Source: a virus
Length of the DNA: 64,000 bases
Virus record (IMG/VR): IMGVR_UViG_3300049489_000400
Span: 1 to 64,000 of that record
Direction: 5' to 3' (one strand)
The position numbers were made by a program, and so were the translations under genes. Shown here piece after piece: positions 46,338 through 56,586 of this stretch (the first letter of the stretch is position 1; the number at the start of each line of letters is the position of its first letter). The notes beneath the pieces were generated by a model. It was given only the letters and a program-made list of their open reading frames with translations. It was not told the DNA's origin and did no database searches.

Positions 46338-46922
46338 TTAATCTTCTTGATAACTTACTGAAAACTCTCTAACTTCTGTATTGTTATTCAGTAAATAATC
46401 TTTAAGTATTTTCAAATTTATTTTATTCGTTTCAGTTGGGTCTAATTTACTATTTTTGAAAATCTTCTCAATCTTAGTTTTATCAGCACCCTTTAGATGG
46501 AATTTTATCATCTTTCTTTCTTGACCTTTAAATAGGCTCAATACATCGAAACCGTCAATTACAAATTCCATATTTTCCGCATCAAGAATTTCTTTATGCT
46601 CTCTTCCATAATCAAAGTTAATTTGAGACATAGGAATCATTTTAACTTTATTTATGTCTTTGATGAAGTCTCTTGATTTATTCAATAATGCGCTTCTAAG
46701 ATAGGCTTCCATCGGAACTGGCTTACAACGTCCTGTTTTCTTGTACTCTGCCCATTTCTTAGCGTACATCTTAATAGAAGTGAACAATTTCTCCTTTAAT
46801 TCTTGAACAATATCTTGTTTCTCCATTCCGATATTGTTTTCAGACCAAATCTTGTCTGCATAATACTTCGCTAAATGCTCGAACTTGAAGTAGTATCTTT
46901 CTGTTAAAGTCATCTTATTCAT
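46338..46922 (-). CDS. Sigma-70-like factor (early-expressed)
   Basis: 'HLAKYYA...MEKQDIVQEL...Y...MEAYLRSALLNKSRDFIK' resembles region 2. Confidence 0.65.
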   Translation of the reverse strand: MNKMTLTERYYFKFEHLAKYYADKIWSENNIGMEKQDIVQELKEKLFTSIKMYAKKWAEYKKTGRCKPVPMEAYLRSALLNKSRDFIKDINKVKMIPMSQINFDYGREHKEILDAENMEFVIDGFDVLSLFKGQERKMIKFHLKGADKTKIEKIFKNSKLDPTETNKINLKILKDYLLNNNTEVREFSVSYQED

Positions 46923-47179
46923 GCTTCGAATGTTTCAGCGTTATCAAATAATTCCATTAACAATTCTCTCAAATCATCAATCTTCATCCAACCCACTAAA
47001 TCATCGTTAACATAAATATCCCCTGATACAGGATTAGCATCGTCTTCATTCCATTTATAGAAATTGACTTTAATTTCATCACCCTCTTTTATTTGAATAG
47101 CGTTACCATCGATAATGGTTTGGGTGTTTCTTTCTGACTTTCTCGTTCTGATGAACTCAGTCGTACCAACTTTTGACAT
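46919..47179 (-). CDS. Hypothetical early protein
   Basis: ORF track; first gene after P6. Confidence 0.65.
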   Translation of the reverse strand: MSKVGTTEFIRTRKSERNTQTIIDGNAIQIKEGDEIKVNFYKWNEDDANPVSGDIYVNDDLVGWMKIDDLRELLMELFDNAETFEA

Positions 47180-47219
47180 AATTTACAGTTTAATAGTTTA
47201 CAATAATAAAATTCTAAAG

Positions 47220-47270
47220 CGAATTTCTAAACTATTTTTTAATAGGCAAAATTTTTTCCAAATTATTTTT
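47220..47270 (-). promoter_or_regulatory. Class A promoter P6
   Basis: AAAAATAATTTGGAAAAAAT-TTTG(47250-47247)-N19-GAAATTCG(47227-47220); upstream block identical to P5. Confidence 0.75.
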
Positions 47271-47694
47271 AAAAAATTCTACGAATCTGTATTAAACCTA
47301 CAGAAATATTTTCTGAATTTTTTTCTATAATAGCTGTACTATCAAATAAATCGTAACTTATCAATCGACATCCTTGACCGTTATAAGAAAAATCTGACCC
47401 AATAAAGTAGTAGAAGTATTTGTCTCTTTTGTTAAAACCTTCAGGCATATTTTCTGAACCGAAAAGTTGCTCAGTCATATCTCTTTTCAATTCTTCATCA
47501 TCGAAAATAGAAATTAACATATTCTTTTTAGATATGTCATTTATTTTGTCTTTTTTGAATTGTAGAACCTTTTTGAACTTAGCCTTATCATCTGACGATG
47601 GGTAAATCTTTGTTCTTAGTTCATACAATAAATATTCCAATTGCAATCTATTGAAATATTCAAGAATCGAAATATGTCTGTCTTTCGGCTTCAT
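47269..47694 (-). CDS. Hypothetical protein
   Basis: ORF track; coupled to primase. Confidence 0.7.
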   Translation of the reverse strand: MKPKDRHISILEYFNRLQLEYLLYELRTKIYPSSDDKAKFKKVLQFKKDKINDISKKNMLISIFDDEELKRDMTEQLFGSENMPEGFNKRDKYFYYFIGSDFSYNGQGCRLISYDLFDSTAIIEKNSENISVGLIQIRRIF

Positions 47695-48677
47695 AACTTG
47701 ATCTTTACAGCTCTTCTATTAAATTTTTCCACTGACATTAATCTATCAAACATATTAATAACATCCTCTTCTGAAGAGTCATTTATATCCTTACCAATAG
47801 TATAAGTCATTTCAACTTGGAAGAAATTTGACAATATGCTACCATACTTTTTCATTTCTGGTATTGCATCATCATCGAAAATCAGAATGATTTTCTTCAA
47901 ATTCTTACTCAACATTTTTAATATCTGAAATTGGCTGATCTTTTTGCCGAATGTAGCACAACATTTTATTTCGTCTTGTTCGTCAAGACACAATATGTTA
48001 TCTAATGTTATCTTATCAATTAGACCTTCTACTAATATCAAAGTATTTGTATTTTCATTGATTTCGTCATAACCAAAAAGAAGATTTGAAAATTTAGCAC
48101 CTTTGTCATTTCTGTATCTCGGCTTCTTGATTCCTGTCTCTTTCTCGTATTTCTTTATCTTTTCCTTGCTCCAATTCAACCTGGCTACATAACCTTTAAC
48201 TTCAGATTCCTCCTTAATAAGGAATATGACATAGTCTTTTAATGAAGGTTTTAAATCTGTATAACCAATATCGAATTTATGGAAATTATCAGAATTTATT
48301 TTTCGATTTTCAAGATATTTATCTGAATAGACTCTCTTGAAACCAACAGGTTTTTTCCTTTCAGGTGTTTCTACATCAATTTCTTCTTCAAATTCTGAAA
48401 TCTCAGTAAGTAAGGTTATTTTGTTTCTATCAATAGATTTGTATTCTCCTAATAGAAATAACTTATTTACAGCTACAAGTAACTTTATTATGTTACCCTC
48501 TTCACCGCATTTTTTACAATCCCAAAGTTGAGTATCTCTTTGAATATAAAAGTGACCATTCTTTCCACATAATGGACAATCTGAAATGTAGTGATTCCTA
48601 GAACCAAGTTTAACCTTACCAAGTATTGATTTTAAATCCTCATCCGATATTTTTGAGTTATTCCTCATCGTCCTCAA
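47691..48677 (-). CDS. DNA primase (Zn-binding + TOPRIM)
   Basis: CPLC...HFY...CKKC; LVEGLID; FDDDA. Confidence 0.88.
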   Translation of the reverse strand: MRTMRNNSKISDEDLKSILGKVKLGSRNHYISDCPLCGKNGHFYIQRDTQLWDCKKCGEEGNIIKLLVAVNKLFLLGEYKSIDRNKITLLTEISEFEEEIDVETPERKKPVGFKRVYSDKYLENRKINSDNFHKFDIGYTDLKPSLKDYVIFLIKEESEVKGYVARLNWSKEKIKKYEKETGIKKPRYRNDKGAKFSNLLFGYDEINENTNTLILVEGLIDKITLDNILCLDEQDEIKCCATFGKKISQFQILKMLSKNLKKIILIFDDDAIPEMKKYGSILSNFFQVEMTYTIGKDINDSSEEDVINMFDRLMSVEKFNRRAVKIKL

Positions 48678-50022
48678 AATCTAAGATATATTCGATTGTT
48701 TTCTTTCTGTCGTAGAATCTCGACCTTGAATAATTTGTAATCAATTTAACAGTTTGACCTGAAGCATATTCACGCATCTTATCTATGAATATCCTAACTC
48801 TAGGACAGCTATCTCCATTTTTGTCTACGAATTTCATTTCATCATAAGACTGATTAAGAGTGAAGAAAAAGTCAAATGGTCTAATTTTACCCTTATCTTC
48901 AGACAAATATTCCCTAGTCATAACAAAATTTATATCCTTCTTCAACTCTGAAGGTAGGCTTGATGCTTGTGTTACAGTAGCTACAACTACATCGAACTCC
49001 ATAGCAATCTCTTTTAGATGACGACCTATTTTCTGTTGTCGGTGACGTTCATTCGTTGGCCCATATACTATTCCATCTCCTAACTCAATCAACTCTAAAT
49101 AGTCAATACAAACCAAATCTAACTCATCTCCGTAAATCTTTTTTAAGTCCTTTACGTTTTTACGAATATCATTGATTGTAGCACCTCCGAATTTTTCATA
49201 TGCTTCTACAAAAATTTCACCTCTCATCTTTTTCAAGACAGCTTTTACTTTTTTGTATCGGTCATCTTCAATCTCACCTCTTTTTATATCATGGTATAAT
49301 GCTCCTGTCCAAGCAGCATCTAATCTATTCATGACTTGTTTTTCAGTACCTTCTATTTGAAATAAAGCAACTTTAGAACCTCTTCTTGAAGTTTGAACAG
49401 CATAATGGACAAGGAACTGAGATTTACCCATCCCTGATTCTGCCATTAATAAAACTGTTTCACCTGTCTCTGGACCACCTTTAGAAACATCGTCCATCTG
49501 TTCTATACAGAATGGTACTTTCCTTCTAGGTGATTCATTCAACATCCTTTCAATCTGACGACTTTCAAAATCGCCATATACTTTGTTGAAATACTTCTCT
49601 TTGATTGAAAATTTTGAAAGTTCTTCAGCACCTTTTATAAAAGTAGAATAAGCCTTGCTTTGCTCACCTCTATTGTATAATTCTCCAGAAGATTGAAACA
49701 ACTCTACAAATTTACTTTCTTTTATAAAATCCTGAAATGATTCAATAACAGTATTCTGGTCTACATTGTCAACTACCTTTATCTCATAAATTAAATCCCT
49801 TACCTTTTCATCTTTTCTAAACTCAATTTGAAGAACCCCGAGTGAAGGAATCTTGCCATTTAATGTATAAAGTTGTAAAGCCTTTTTCCACAACTTCTTT
49901 TCGTGCTCGTGAGTGAGATATGAATATTTTAAATGCTCTGTTAAAACCTCGAAAAAATTATTATTTCTAAATGCACAGTTGAATAGCTCAATCACATATT
50001 CATCAGTCAAATTATTCTCCAT
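48658..50022 (-). CDS. Replicative DnaB-like helicase
   Basis: AESGMGKS, IDYLEL, TVTQ, DKMR. Confidence 0.9.
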   Translation of the reverse strand: MENNLTDEYVIELFNCAFRNNNFFEVLTEHLKYSYLTHEHEKKLWKKALQLYTLNGKIPSLGVLQIEFRKDEKVRDLIYEIKVVDNVDQNTVIESFQDFIKESKFVELFQSSGELYNRGEQSKAYSTFIKGAEELSKFSIKEKYFNKVYGDFESRQIERMLNESPRRKVPFCIEQMDDVSKGGPETGETVLLMAESGMGKSQFLVHYAVQTSRRGSKVALFQIEGTEKQVMNRLDAAWTGALYHDIKRGEIEDDRYKKVKAVLKKMRGEIFVEAYEKFGGATINDIRKNVKDLKKIYGDELDLVCIDYLELIELGDGIVYGPTNERHRQQKIGRHLKEIAMEFDVVVATVTQASSLPSELKKDINFVMTREYLSEDKGKIRPFDFFFTLNQSYDEMKFVDKNGDSCPRVRIFIDKMREYASGQTVKLITNYSRSRFYDRKKTIEYILDFEDDEE

Positions 50023-50356
50023 GTAATATCTTCTTAATTTCCGTATATCCTAACGGTGTTACGGTTACTTTTTGCACCAAACCTCTAAAACCTTTACGGT
50101 CAACCATCTCACCTCTTTGTATGAACCATTGAAGTCCTAGATACTTTTGAAATGGTAAATATCTACCTTGAACAGATTTTCCAAGAATCTGCTTTGAAGT
50201 TAAAACAGACAAAAATTTCTTATAAGAAACACCGCAATACTTAGCAGCTTGTTGCATGGTTATTTCCTTTAAAACCTTATTATTTATAGGTGTTACGTCT
50301 GGAAATGGAATCTCAGGATGCTTTTCTTTATCGAAATCAAATCTTAATTGACTCAT
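50012..50356 (-). CDS. KilAC/antirepressor-like DNA-binding protein
   Basis: 'AAKYCGV...L...ILG...PFQKY...WF...TVTPLG'. Confidence 0.65.
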   Translation of the reverse strand: MSQLRFDFDKEKHPEIPFPDVTPINNKVLKEITMQQAAKYCGVSYKKFLSVLTSKQILGKSVQGRYLPFQKYLGLQWFIQRGEMVDRKGFRGLVQKVTVTPLGYTEIKKILHGE

Positions 50357-50361
50357 AAGTT

Positions 50362-50976
50362 TTAATTTTTATAGTAACCTCTAAGTTTGTACACTTTATT
50401 GTAATTTTCTTCTAAATACTTCTTACATTCAGAAGACTTGTTACAAATACTGCAATACTTCGATTTATGATTATATAACGATGTACTTATAAGGCAATAA
50501 CCAAATCCCTTAGAAGTGTTATGAAATCTAGCCTTTTCTTGCTCTTCGTGATCAGATACCTCTAAAAGTATCTTTTTGTATTCATTCGATGATTGATTGT
50601 CTCTCTCTTCAAATTTAACATCCTTCTTCAGATTTTTACGAATGATAAAATCAGTCTTTTTCTTTTGCTTGTCAGTTCTTGAATTCCAACGCTCAATAGC
50701 TTTAGAACCAATAATCCACTCTATCTGGATAGAAGTTCCTTTGCCATATTTAGCGTCATGCTTATACCAATAATTGAATTGATACTCCATGAACTTCTTC
50801 AAGTTATCCTCAGCTACAAAATCAGAATTAGTTATTGATTTGAATAATTCTATGAAATTAAGAATCATAGTATTCCTAGTTGGAGTCATCTTGAATTTAT
50901 AAGATTTATTTTTTGTAATTTGTATAGTGTAATACTTATACAAATCTACCACAAGTCTTAAATCTTTATTCATCAA
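50362..50976 (-). CDS. Hypothetical protein with C-terminal Cys cluster (replication-associated)
   Basis: ORF track; CSICNKSSEC. Confidence 0.65.
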   Translation of the reverse strand: MMNKDLRLVVDLYKYYTIQITKNKSYKFKMTPTRNTMILNFIELFKSITNSDFVAEDNLKKFMEYQFNYWYKHDAKYGKGTSIQIEWIIGSKAIERWNSRTDKQKKKTDFIIRKNLKKDVKFEERDNQSSNEYKKILLEVSDHEEQEKARFHNTSKGFGYCLISTSLYNHKSKYCSICNKSSECKKYLEENYNKVYKLRGYYKN

Positions 50977-52441
50977 ACCATTCTTTAATTGATTGTTCTA
51001 CATCTAATAAGTCTGTTTCATCATAAACCTCTATTCTATCAGAACCTACACTATCAGAATAAACCTCCAACCTATTCAAGCTATGGTCTGAAAAATAGTC
51101 TTCCTGAATATCCATAATGTCAAGTATCACAGCACGACTTTTGTTTTCCACAGCACCTAATACACGACCTTTCTTTTGCATTATAGAACTTCCTTCCAAA
51201 CCTCCATCAGCAATTATAAGTATCTCCACCTCTGGAAGAGTTATACCCTTCTTGTAGATATTACTAGCTAACAAGACTTTACCACGACCTCTTAGGAATT
51301 TTTCTTTCTCTTCATTTCGCTTTTCTGTTTTATCATCACCACAAATGAATATACATTCTGACAGTTCACTGATTAAATATCCATGTTGTTTTGAATTGAA
51401 AATCATCAAAGTCTTCCACTTATTCTTTTTACACATCTGTATCAGCTGTAATAGAATCATATTTCTGTCTTTGTTTTCATGTATCAGTTTCTTCAAATAT
51501 TGCTGATACTTAGATTCATCTTCAGATACTCTAACTCTTTTTGTATGTTGATGAGATATTAGAATAACTTTATCTGTAGATAACCACCCCTCATCTTGAA
51601 GTCTTTCGATTGGGACTTCATATACAATTCCTCCGAAAAATTCTTTGATTTGCAAGTTACCTATTAAATTGCCCTGTTTGAATGGCGTAGCTGACAAACC
51701 TAGCAAGAAATTAACGTTCTTGCATTTCTTCATAAGTTTCATCCGATTATCAGACATGAACTCTTGAATTTCATCAACTATCAAACAATTCAAATTTCTA
51801 AAATACTTATCAAGTATTTTTGTCTCAGGTTTTTTTCTGCTATATATAGAAGTCACTGTTTGTATCATAGCAACAGTGACTTGCCTTATATTTACTCCGA
51901 AAGAATCTATTGTTCCTATTGATTTTTCCTGTATGTTCAAGAATTTAGCTAGTTCTTCTACAGTTTGACTAAACAAATCCGTAGTATCTACATAAAACAA
52001 AAAATCTGACTTAGGATTGCTAGCAATTATCTGTCTTATTATTTCTCCAGAAACGAATGTTTTCCCACCTCTTGTAGGAATTTTTATTATTCCAATATTT
52101 GCTTTGAAAAATGCATTAACTGCTTCTCCTTGATGTGGTCTGAGCGAATCCTTTAGAACAAAATTATCAACAATCTCATTTCTATAATCGCTTTCTATAA
52201 TTTTGTATGTAACTTTGCTTTTATTTAGAAAATACAATAGTTCATCCAACAAACCGACTTCAAATTCAAGTGCTGGCGTAAAAAATTTTTTATAACCATC
52301 CCATTTTCCTTCTTTGAATAGGTCTGAATATTGACAACCTTCAATCCAAACTTTTAAAGCCTTTTTACATATTGCTAGTTCTCTGGGAATGTTAGAACTG
52401 AATCTGTATTTACGAAAATTAATTCTGGTAATAGTAACCAT
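50966..52441 (-). CDS. SF2 DNA helicase (UvsW-like)
   Basis: LRPHQ, PTRGGKT, VDEIQ, SATP, QKKGRVL. Confidence 0.9.
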   Translation of the reverse strand: MVTITRINFRKYRFSSNIPRELAICKKALKVWIEGCQYSDLFKEGKWDGYKKFFTPALEFEVGLLDELLYFLNKSKVTYKIIESDYRNEIVDNFVLKDSLRPHQGEAVNAFFKANIGIIKIPTRGGKTFVSGEIIRQIIASNPKSDFLFYVDTTDLFSQTVEELAKFLNIQEKSIGTIDSFGVNIRQVTVAMIQTVTSIYSRKKPETKILDKYFRNLNCLIVDEIQEFMSDNRMKLMKKCKNVNFLLGLSATPFKQGNLIGNLQIKEFFGGIVYEVPIERLQDEGWLSTDKVILISHQHTKRVRVSEDESKYQQYLKKLIHENKDRNMILLQLIQMCKKNKWKTLMIFNSKQHGYLISELSECIFICGDDKTEKRNEEKEKFLRGRGKVLLASNIYKKGITLPEVEILIIADGGLEGSSIMQKKGRVLGAVENKSRAVILDIMDIQEDYFSDHSLNRLEVYSDSVGSDRIEVYDETDLLDVEQSIKEWFDE

Positions 52442-52786
52442 GTCTGTGCGATATTAATAATTTTACTCAGAGTAAAAGGTCTCAAAGACAAAACCCCCTT
52501 ACCCCCTTAATGAAAAGTATTTACTCATCATAATTAGGTTGACGCAACTGACAAACCCCGAAAAACAATATGCGTCATTTAACTCAATACCGAATAACTT
52601 TGGCGTAATGAGTTAATAAATGAAACTTTTTTTAAAAAACATAGGATTTAAGCCACTTTCGACCACCCTCACACCCGTAGTCCACTTTCGACTTTTCCAA
52701 TTTGGATTTATTGGTCTAAATTCTGTTTACAAATAAAAATGCCCTCAATCGAAGGCATTTAAAATTGGAGGCTGCTATGGCAAGCC
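52442..52786. other. Structured intergenic region (candidate origin or ncRNA)
   Basis: Several inverted repeats, direct repeat CCACTTTCGAC x2, ACCCCCTT x2. Confidence 0.5.
52731..52760 (-). terminator. Probable terminator of the tail operon
   Basis: AAATGCC...GGCATTT hairpin plus TTATTT. Confidence 0.6.
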
Positions 52787-53593
52787 TTAATCGTAGGAAA
52801 ATATTACCTCCAATGTCTCTTTGGTATTTGTTTTACAAGAAATATCTTCACATTCCTCATTTTCACAAGAATCATTTTTTATGATTTCTCTTTTTATCCA
52901 AAATGCTATTGCCTTTTTAGGTTTTAATTCCTCTATTATTAAAGTAGTACCATCTTCAAATCCTGACAAATTAGAATCGAATAGTTCAGCTGTTCCTGGC
53001 GTTACCAATTCTACTAATTCATTAGTTTCTTGATTGTCTCTTCTCTGTATCAGAAATGATTCAGTAGAAGTTTTTTCAACAAAGAAATTTTCATTATTCT
53101 TGAAAGCCTTAACTATATCGTCAACCAAACTCTCCTTAGTATTCCCAGATAATTCAAATTCAACATCGAATAGACTAACAGCGTCGCCAATAGAACCACC
53201 TAATTTCACCTTACAATTACTGTATTCTCTAGTCGTTGTAGGTTGGAACCATTCTACATTAAAAGGCTCTTCCTTTCTGCTATTTATTTTTTCTATTTGT
53301 ATAGCATCTCCTTCTGTAGGTGAAACTGCTCCCCAATAGAAGTCGCAATCAGAATTAGTTTGAATGATTTGTTCTAATTTAAGATTTACTATATTCTCAT
53401 TAGTATCGTTATATAAGAAAATAGCCATACATTCTTTAGAACCAACCATCTTTCCGTATATAGAAATATCTCCAAACAAGAAATTCATTCTAGCATTAGG
53501 AACTGGAGTGGAAGACATGAATCCTCCTGTGCTGCTAATAGGTGACTTTTGTTCACCCATAAAAAATGTTGCTCCTGATAAAAGTAGTTTCAT
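52787..53593 (-). CDS. Virion structural protein (tail module)
   Basis: 'SSTGGFMSSTPVPN...LFGDIS' and 'AIAFWIKR'; module context. Confidence 0.6.
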   Translation of the reverse strand: MKLLLSGATFFMGEQKSPISSTGGFMSSTPVPNARMNFLFGDISIYGKMVGSKECMAIFLYNDTNENIVNLKLEQIIQTNSDCDFYWGAVSPTEGDAIQIEKINSRKEEPFNVEWFQPTTTREYSNCKVKLGGSIGDAVSLFDVEFELSGNTKESLVDDIVKAFKNNENFFVEKTSTESFLIQRRDNQETNELVELVTPGTAELFDSNLSGFEDGTTLIIEELKPKKAIAFWIKREIIKNDSCENEECEDISCKTNTKETLEVIFSYD

Positions 53594-53595
53594 GA

Positions 53596-54078
53596 TTAAT
53601 CGTTTACTGCTATTATAATTACTAGAGTTGCCTTAGATTCATCTGGAACTACAATGTTTGATATTCTTATATCCGTAGATAAATTCTTAACATTAGTCAA
53701 AGAAAATTCAGACATATTTCCAAGAGACATCTCAACATCTTCCAAATACACATCAAATCTTATTGGAGTTCTAAAGGAATTTATAGAATTTGATTCATAG
53801 CAGAAAACATGCAAACTAGCTATATTGTCTATAGAATCACATCTAATAACATCTTGTTGTAAAAGAACATCAAATGTATTACCAGGCTTTAATTCATAAA
53901 CGAATTTATTTGCATTTGTTAATTTGAAATCATTGGTTGCTAACCCATCTTCGGAATTATCAATAATTTCTTCTGAGTCACCTATGCAAGTCCAATCAAA
54001 TGAACCTGTATTCCCATCCTTTCTCATGTCTGAGGATGAGTCTTTGAACTCTATTCTATTTGATACTTTGATTATCAT
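53596..54078 (-). CDS. Virion structural protein (tail module)
   Basis: Beta-rich; context. Confidence 0.55.
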   Translation of the reverse strand: MIIKVSNRIEFKDSSSDMRKDGNTGSFDWTCIGDSEEIIDNSEDGLATNDFKLTNANKFVYELKPGNTFDVLLQQDVIRCDSIDNIASLHVFCYESNSINSFRTPIRFDVYLEDVEMSLGNMSEFSLTNVKNLSTDIRISNIVVPDESKATLVIIIAVND

Positions 54079-54079
54079 C

Positions 54080-56575
54080 TTAAACCATTTTTTGTATGTA
54101 TAATAAACCTTTATAACTAGGTCTGTTGTCTATTGCATTAGGTGTGGTTACACCACCAGCATTAGAAGTCGTTCCTGAAAAAGTGTGATTGTGAGAACCA
54201 CCACTAAGAACTCCAGATGCTTCACCATTAGGATAATTTACAGTTCCTTGATTAGAATTTCTACCTACAAGACCAGGTATACCAGAAGTACCCCCATCTC
54301 TAACATTCAATTGTAAAGTATGAGTGTGTGCTCCATCTGTCGTAGTCGTGCCTGAAAAGGTGTGATTATGTTCAGGCATTTGTGAAGCACTTAAAGTATA
54401 TGAGTTTTGACCTCCTGAAGAACCAGTTGATGATGGAGTAGCAACTCCCATAGGGAATGAATTTATCATATCTAATGAACCATTTTGCCCATTACATATT
54501 TGCCAACCCCAAACGCCTTTCTTTATTCCTGCTCCTAAAGCATCAAAATATGAGTTAGCAACCCCATGCAACATTCTAACTGTTCCTTTAGGAGTAATGT
54601 CAGATTCAAACTGTACAATCCAATGATTCAATTCATTAAATGTACATCTTATCATTAAGCCACGCTTTTCTGATTGAGTAGCATTATCAATTGTTTGATT
54701 TCTAATGTAGAAAGTCTCATTACTGGTTATTTCAGACAGCAAAGTGAAACTCGTAGGATTGACGTAGTCTTCTACTATTCTCAATCTAAAAGTATCTAAT
54801 GTTATCCATTGTTCTAAGTGAAGTAGGAAAAAGTTACCTTCACGGAAATAAGCACCACTAGCATCAGTTCTTTTAAGATGAATGAACATATCTGCAGAAA
54901 GAACGAAAGAACCTTTATAATGTTGATATTGTTTATCCACCCCAACTTCCAATTCAACTACAGGAATTGAGTTATCTAAAGCAGTAGTATTAACTCCAAT
55001 TAAATCTCCTGTTTGTACTTGCTCTTGGAAATTTTGAAAAGAGTCTGGAGCCTCACATATTTTAATAAATCCAAACTCTGCATGGCCAGTATAAGGAACT
55101 TGAACACGGTCTATCGGATTAGGATTTATGTTACCATAATTATCGAATGACGTTTCATCGAAGTAACCTACTGAATCACTTGGGAAAACCAACCAATCAG
55201 TATATCCAAAGAAAGTCTTGTATCTGAACGTGACATTATATTTATAACATCCATCAAGAGTTTGAATAAGACACTTAGCTACTGGTGTATTTATGTTAAA
55301 CTCGAATTTCTTTTCCAATATAGGATATGGGAAAATTTCTGCGACGTCTGCATCACCATCAACATCACCAGTATCTATCAATAATCCATCTCTTCTGAAT
55401 CTTAACTCGATACCCTCAAATGGAGGAGCAATGAATAAATCATCCGCATTTCCGTACTCATCAATATTTAGAACATCTAATGTTATTACTATTTGAGTTC
55501 CAGATTGTTGAGAATCTATAATATTTTGGTAATTACCATTTTTAGAATACAATCTCCAACCAGTAAAATCTCCAGAACTAAAGAAAGATGTGTCTTTGAA
55601 AACACCGCCTTGACCTATGAGTATAGATATTTTCTTTGAAGAAGTATCAATTGTATAACTTGAAAATCTAAATCCCCAAGCTAAATTAACCTCATTGGAT
55701 TCTCTAGTTGAATTAGGATGAGTATATTTAACTGATTCAACACCAATTAAAGGGTTGAAATGTGAAGTTCTATTTAAATAAGTAACTAGATTTTCTGCCT
55801 GAGTTCTCCACCAATCTTCTCTTTTGTCTTCCAACTGCAAAGTAAGTCCAGTATTTCTTACACGTGCAATATAAAACTCTTCGTCAGCAATTGCAGAAGG
55901 TCTAGTATTAAGTGTTGTTTCTTGTACAAGTGTTATTTCTACAGAATCATACTCAAATATCTTTTGATCAGCAACAGGAACTACATAGCCTGGAGTAAAA
56001 GTACCCACAACAGCAAATTTTAAATTCGATTCTGTTATGAAATCTCCTTGTATAATAGCTTGAGTCTGACCAAGAACTCTTACAACTTCGTAATCGTTTC
56101 CGTTACCAGCAGTTGAATTTAAAAATCTTATTTTTGTTGGGAAATTTGGTTGACCTCTGAATATATTTTCAAATTCTGTTCCTACCCCATTTAAATTTCC
56201 AAAAGTGTCTACTGATACAGTTCCCTCTTCTTCATTTGAAAATGCATGTTTGATTTTTATCCAATACCAAATACCGTCATTAGGTATTTGTATATTTTGA
56301 AAATCTTTATTGAGAATGAAATTTGCATTTATGTCTATTGCTAAACCTGGATACACCTTAACTTCATCAGTTGGTGTTCCAGCTTTTTCTACATAGAATG
56401 AATCTTCTTTATTTATAACTCCAAGGTCTGGAAATGTACAATCTTTAACTATACCAAATTCTCTGGTATTAGCCAATCTTTGTCTTTTATAACCCCAATC
56501 TCCAAGAGTTTGTTTGAGTCTGTTTAACTCAGCAACTTCAAGGAATAAATTTGAACTTATCTTTACATTACTCAT
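54080..56575 (-). CDS. Baseplate wedge/short tail fibre protein with C-terminal collar and HxH needle
   Basis: GWQICNGQNG...MPEHNH...AHTH...SHNH...NRPSY (T4 gp12/gp10-like tip). Confidence 0.75.
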   Translation of the reverse strand: MSNVKISSNLFLEVAELNRLKQTLGDWGYKRQRLANTREFGIVKDCTFPDLGVINKEDSFYVEKAGTPTDEVKVYPGLAIDINANFILNKDFQNIQIPNDGIWYWIKIKHAFSNEEEGTVSVDTFGNLNGVGTEFENIFRGQPNFPTKIRFLNSTAGNGNDYEVVRVLGQTQAIIQGDFITESNLKFAVVGTFTPGYVVPVADQKIFEYDSVEITLVQETTLNTRPSAIADEEFYIARVRNTGLTLQLEDKREDWWRTQAENLVTYLNRTSHFNPLIGVESVKYTHPNSTRESNEVNLAWGFRFSSYTIDTSSKKISILIGQGGVFKDTSFFSSGDFTGWRLYSKNGNYQNIIDSQQSGTQIVITLDVLNIDEYGNADDLFIAPPFEGIELRFRRDGLLIDTGDVDGDADVAEIFPYPILEKKFEFNINTPVAKCLIQTLDGCYKYNVTFRYKTFFGYTDWLVFPSDSVGYFDETSFDNYGNINPNPIDRVQVPYTGHAEFGFIKICEAPDSFQNFQEQVQTGDLIGVNTTALDNSIPVVELEVGVDKQYQHYKGSFVLSADMFIHLKRTDASGAYFREGNFFLLHLEQWITLDTFRLRIVEDYVNPTSFTLLSEITSNETFYIRNQTIDNATQSEKRGLMIRCTFNELNHWIVQFESDITPKGTVRMLHGVANSYFDALGAGIKKGVWGWQICNGQNGSLDMINSFPMGVATPSSTGSSGGQNSYTLSASQMPEHNHTFSGTTTTDGAHTHTLQLNVRDGGTSGIPGLVGRNSNQGTVNYPNGEASGVLSGGSHNHTFSGTTSNAGGVTTPNAIDNRPSYKGLLYIQKMV

Positions 56576-56586
56576 GATTAATCGTC

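Noticed and set aside
7472-50022. Inteins or introns in TerL, DnaE, RecA, DnaB
   Set aside because: The ORFs are continuous and of ordinary length, with no intein splice motifs noticed
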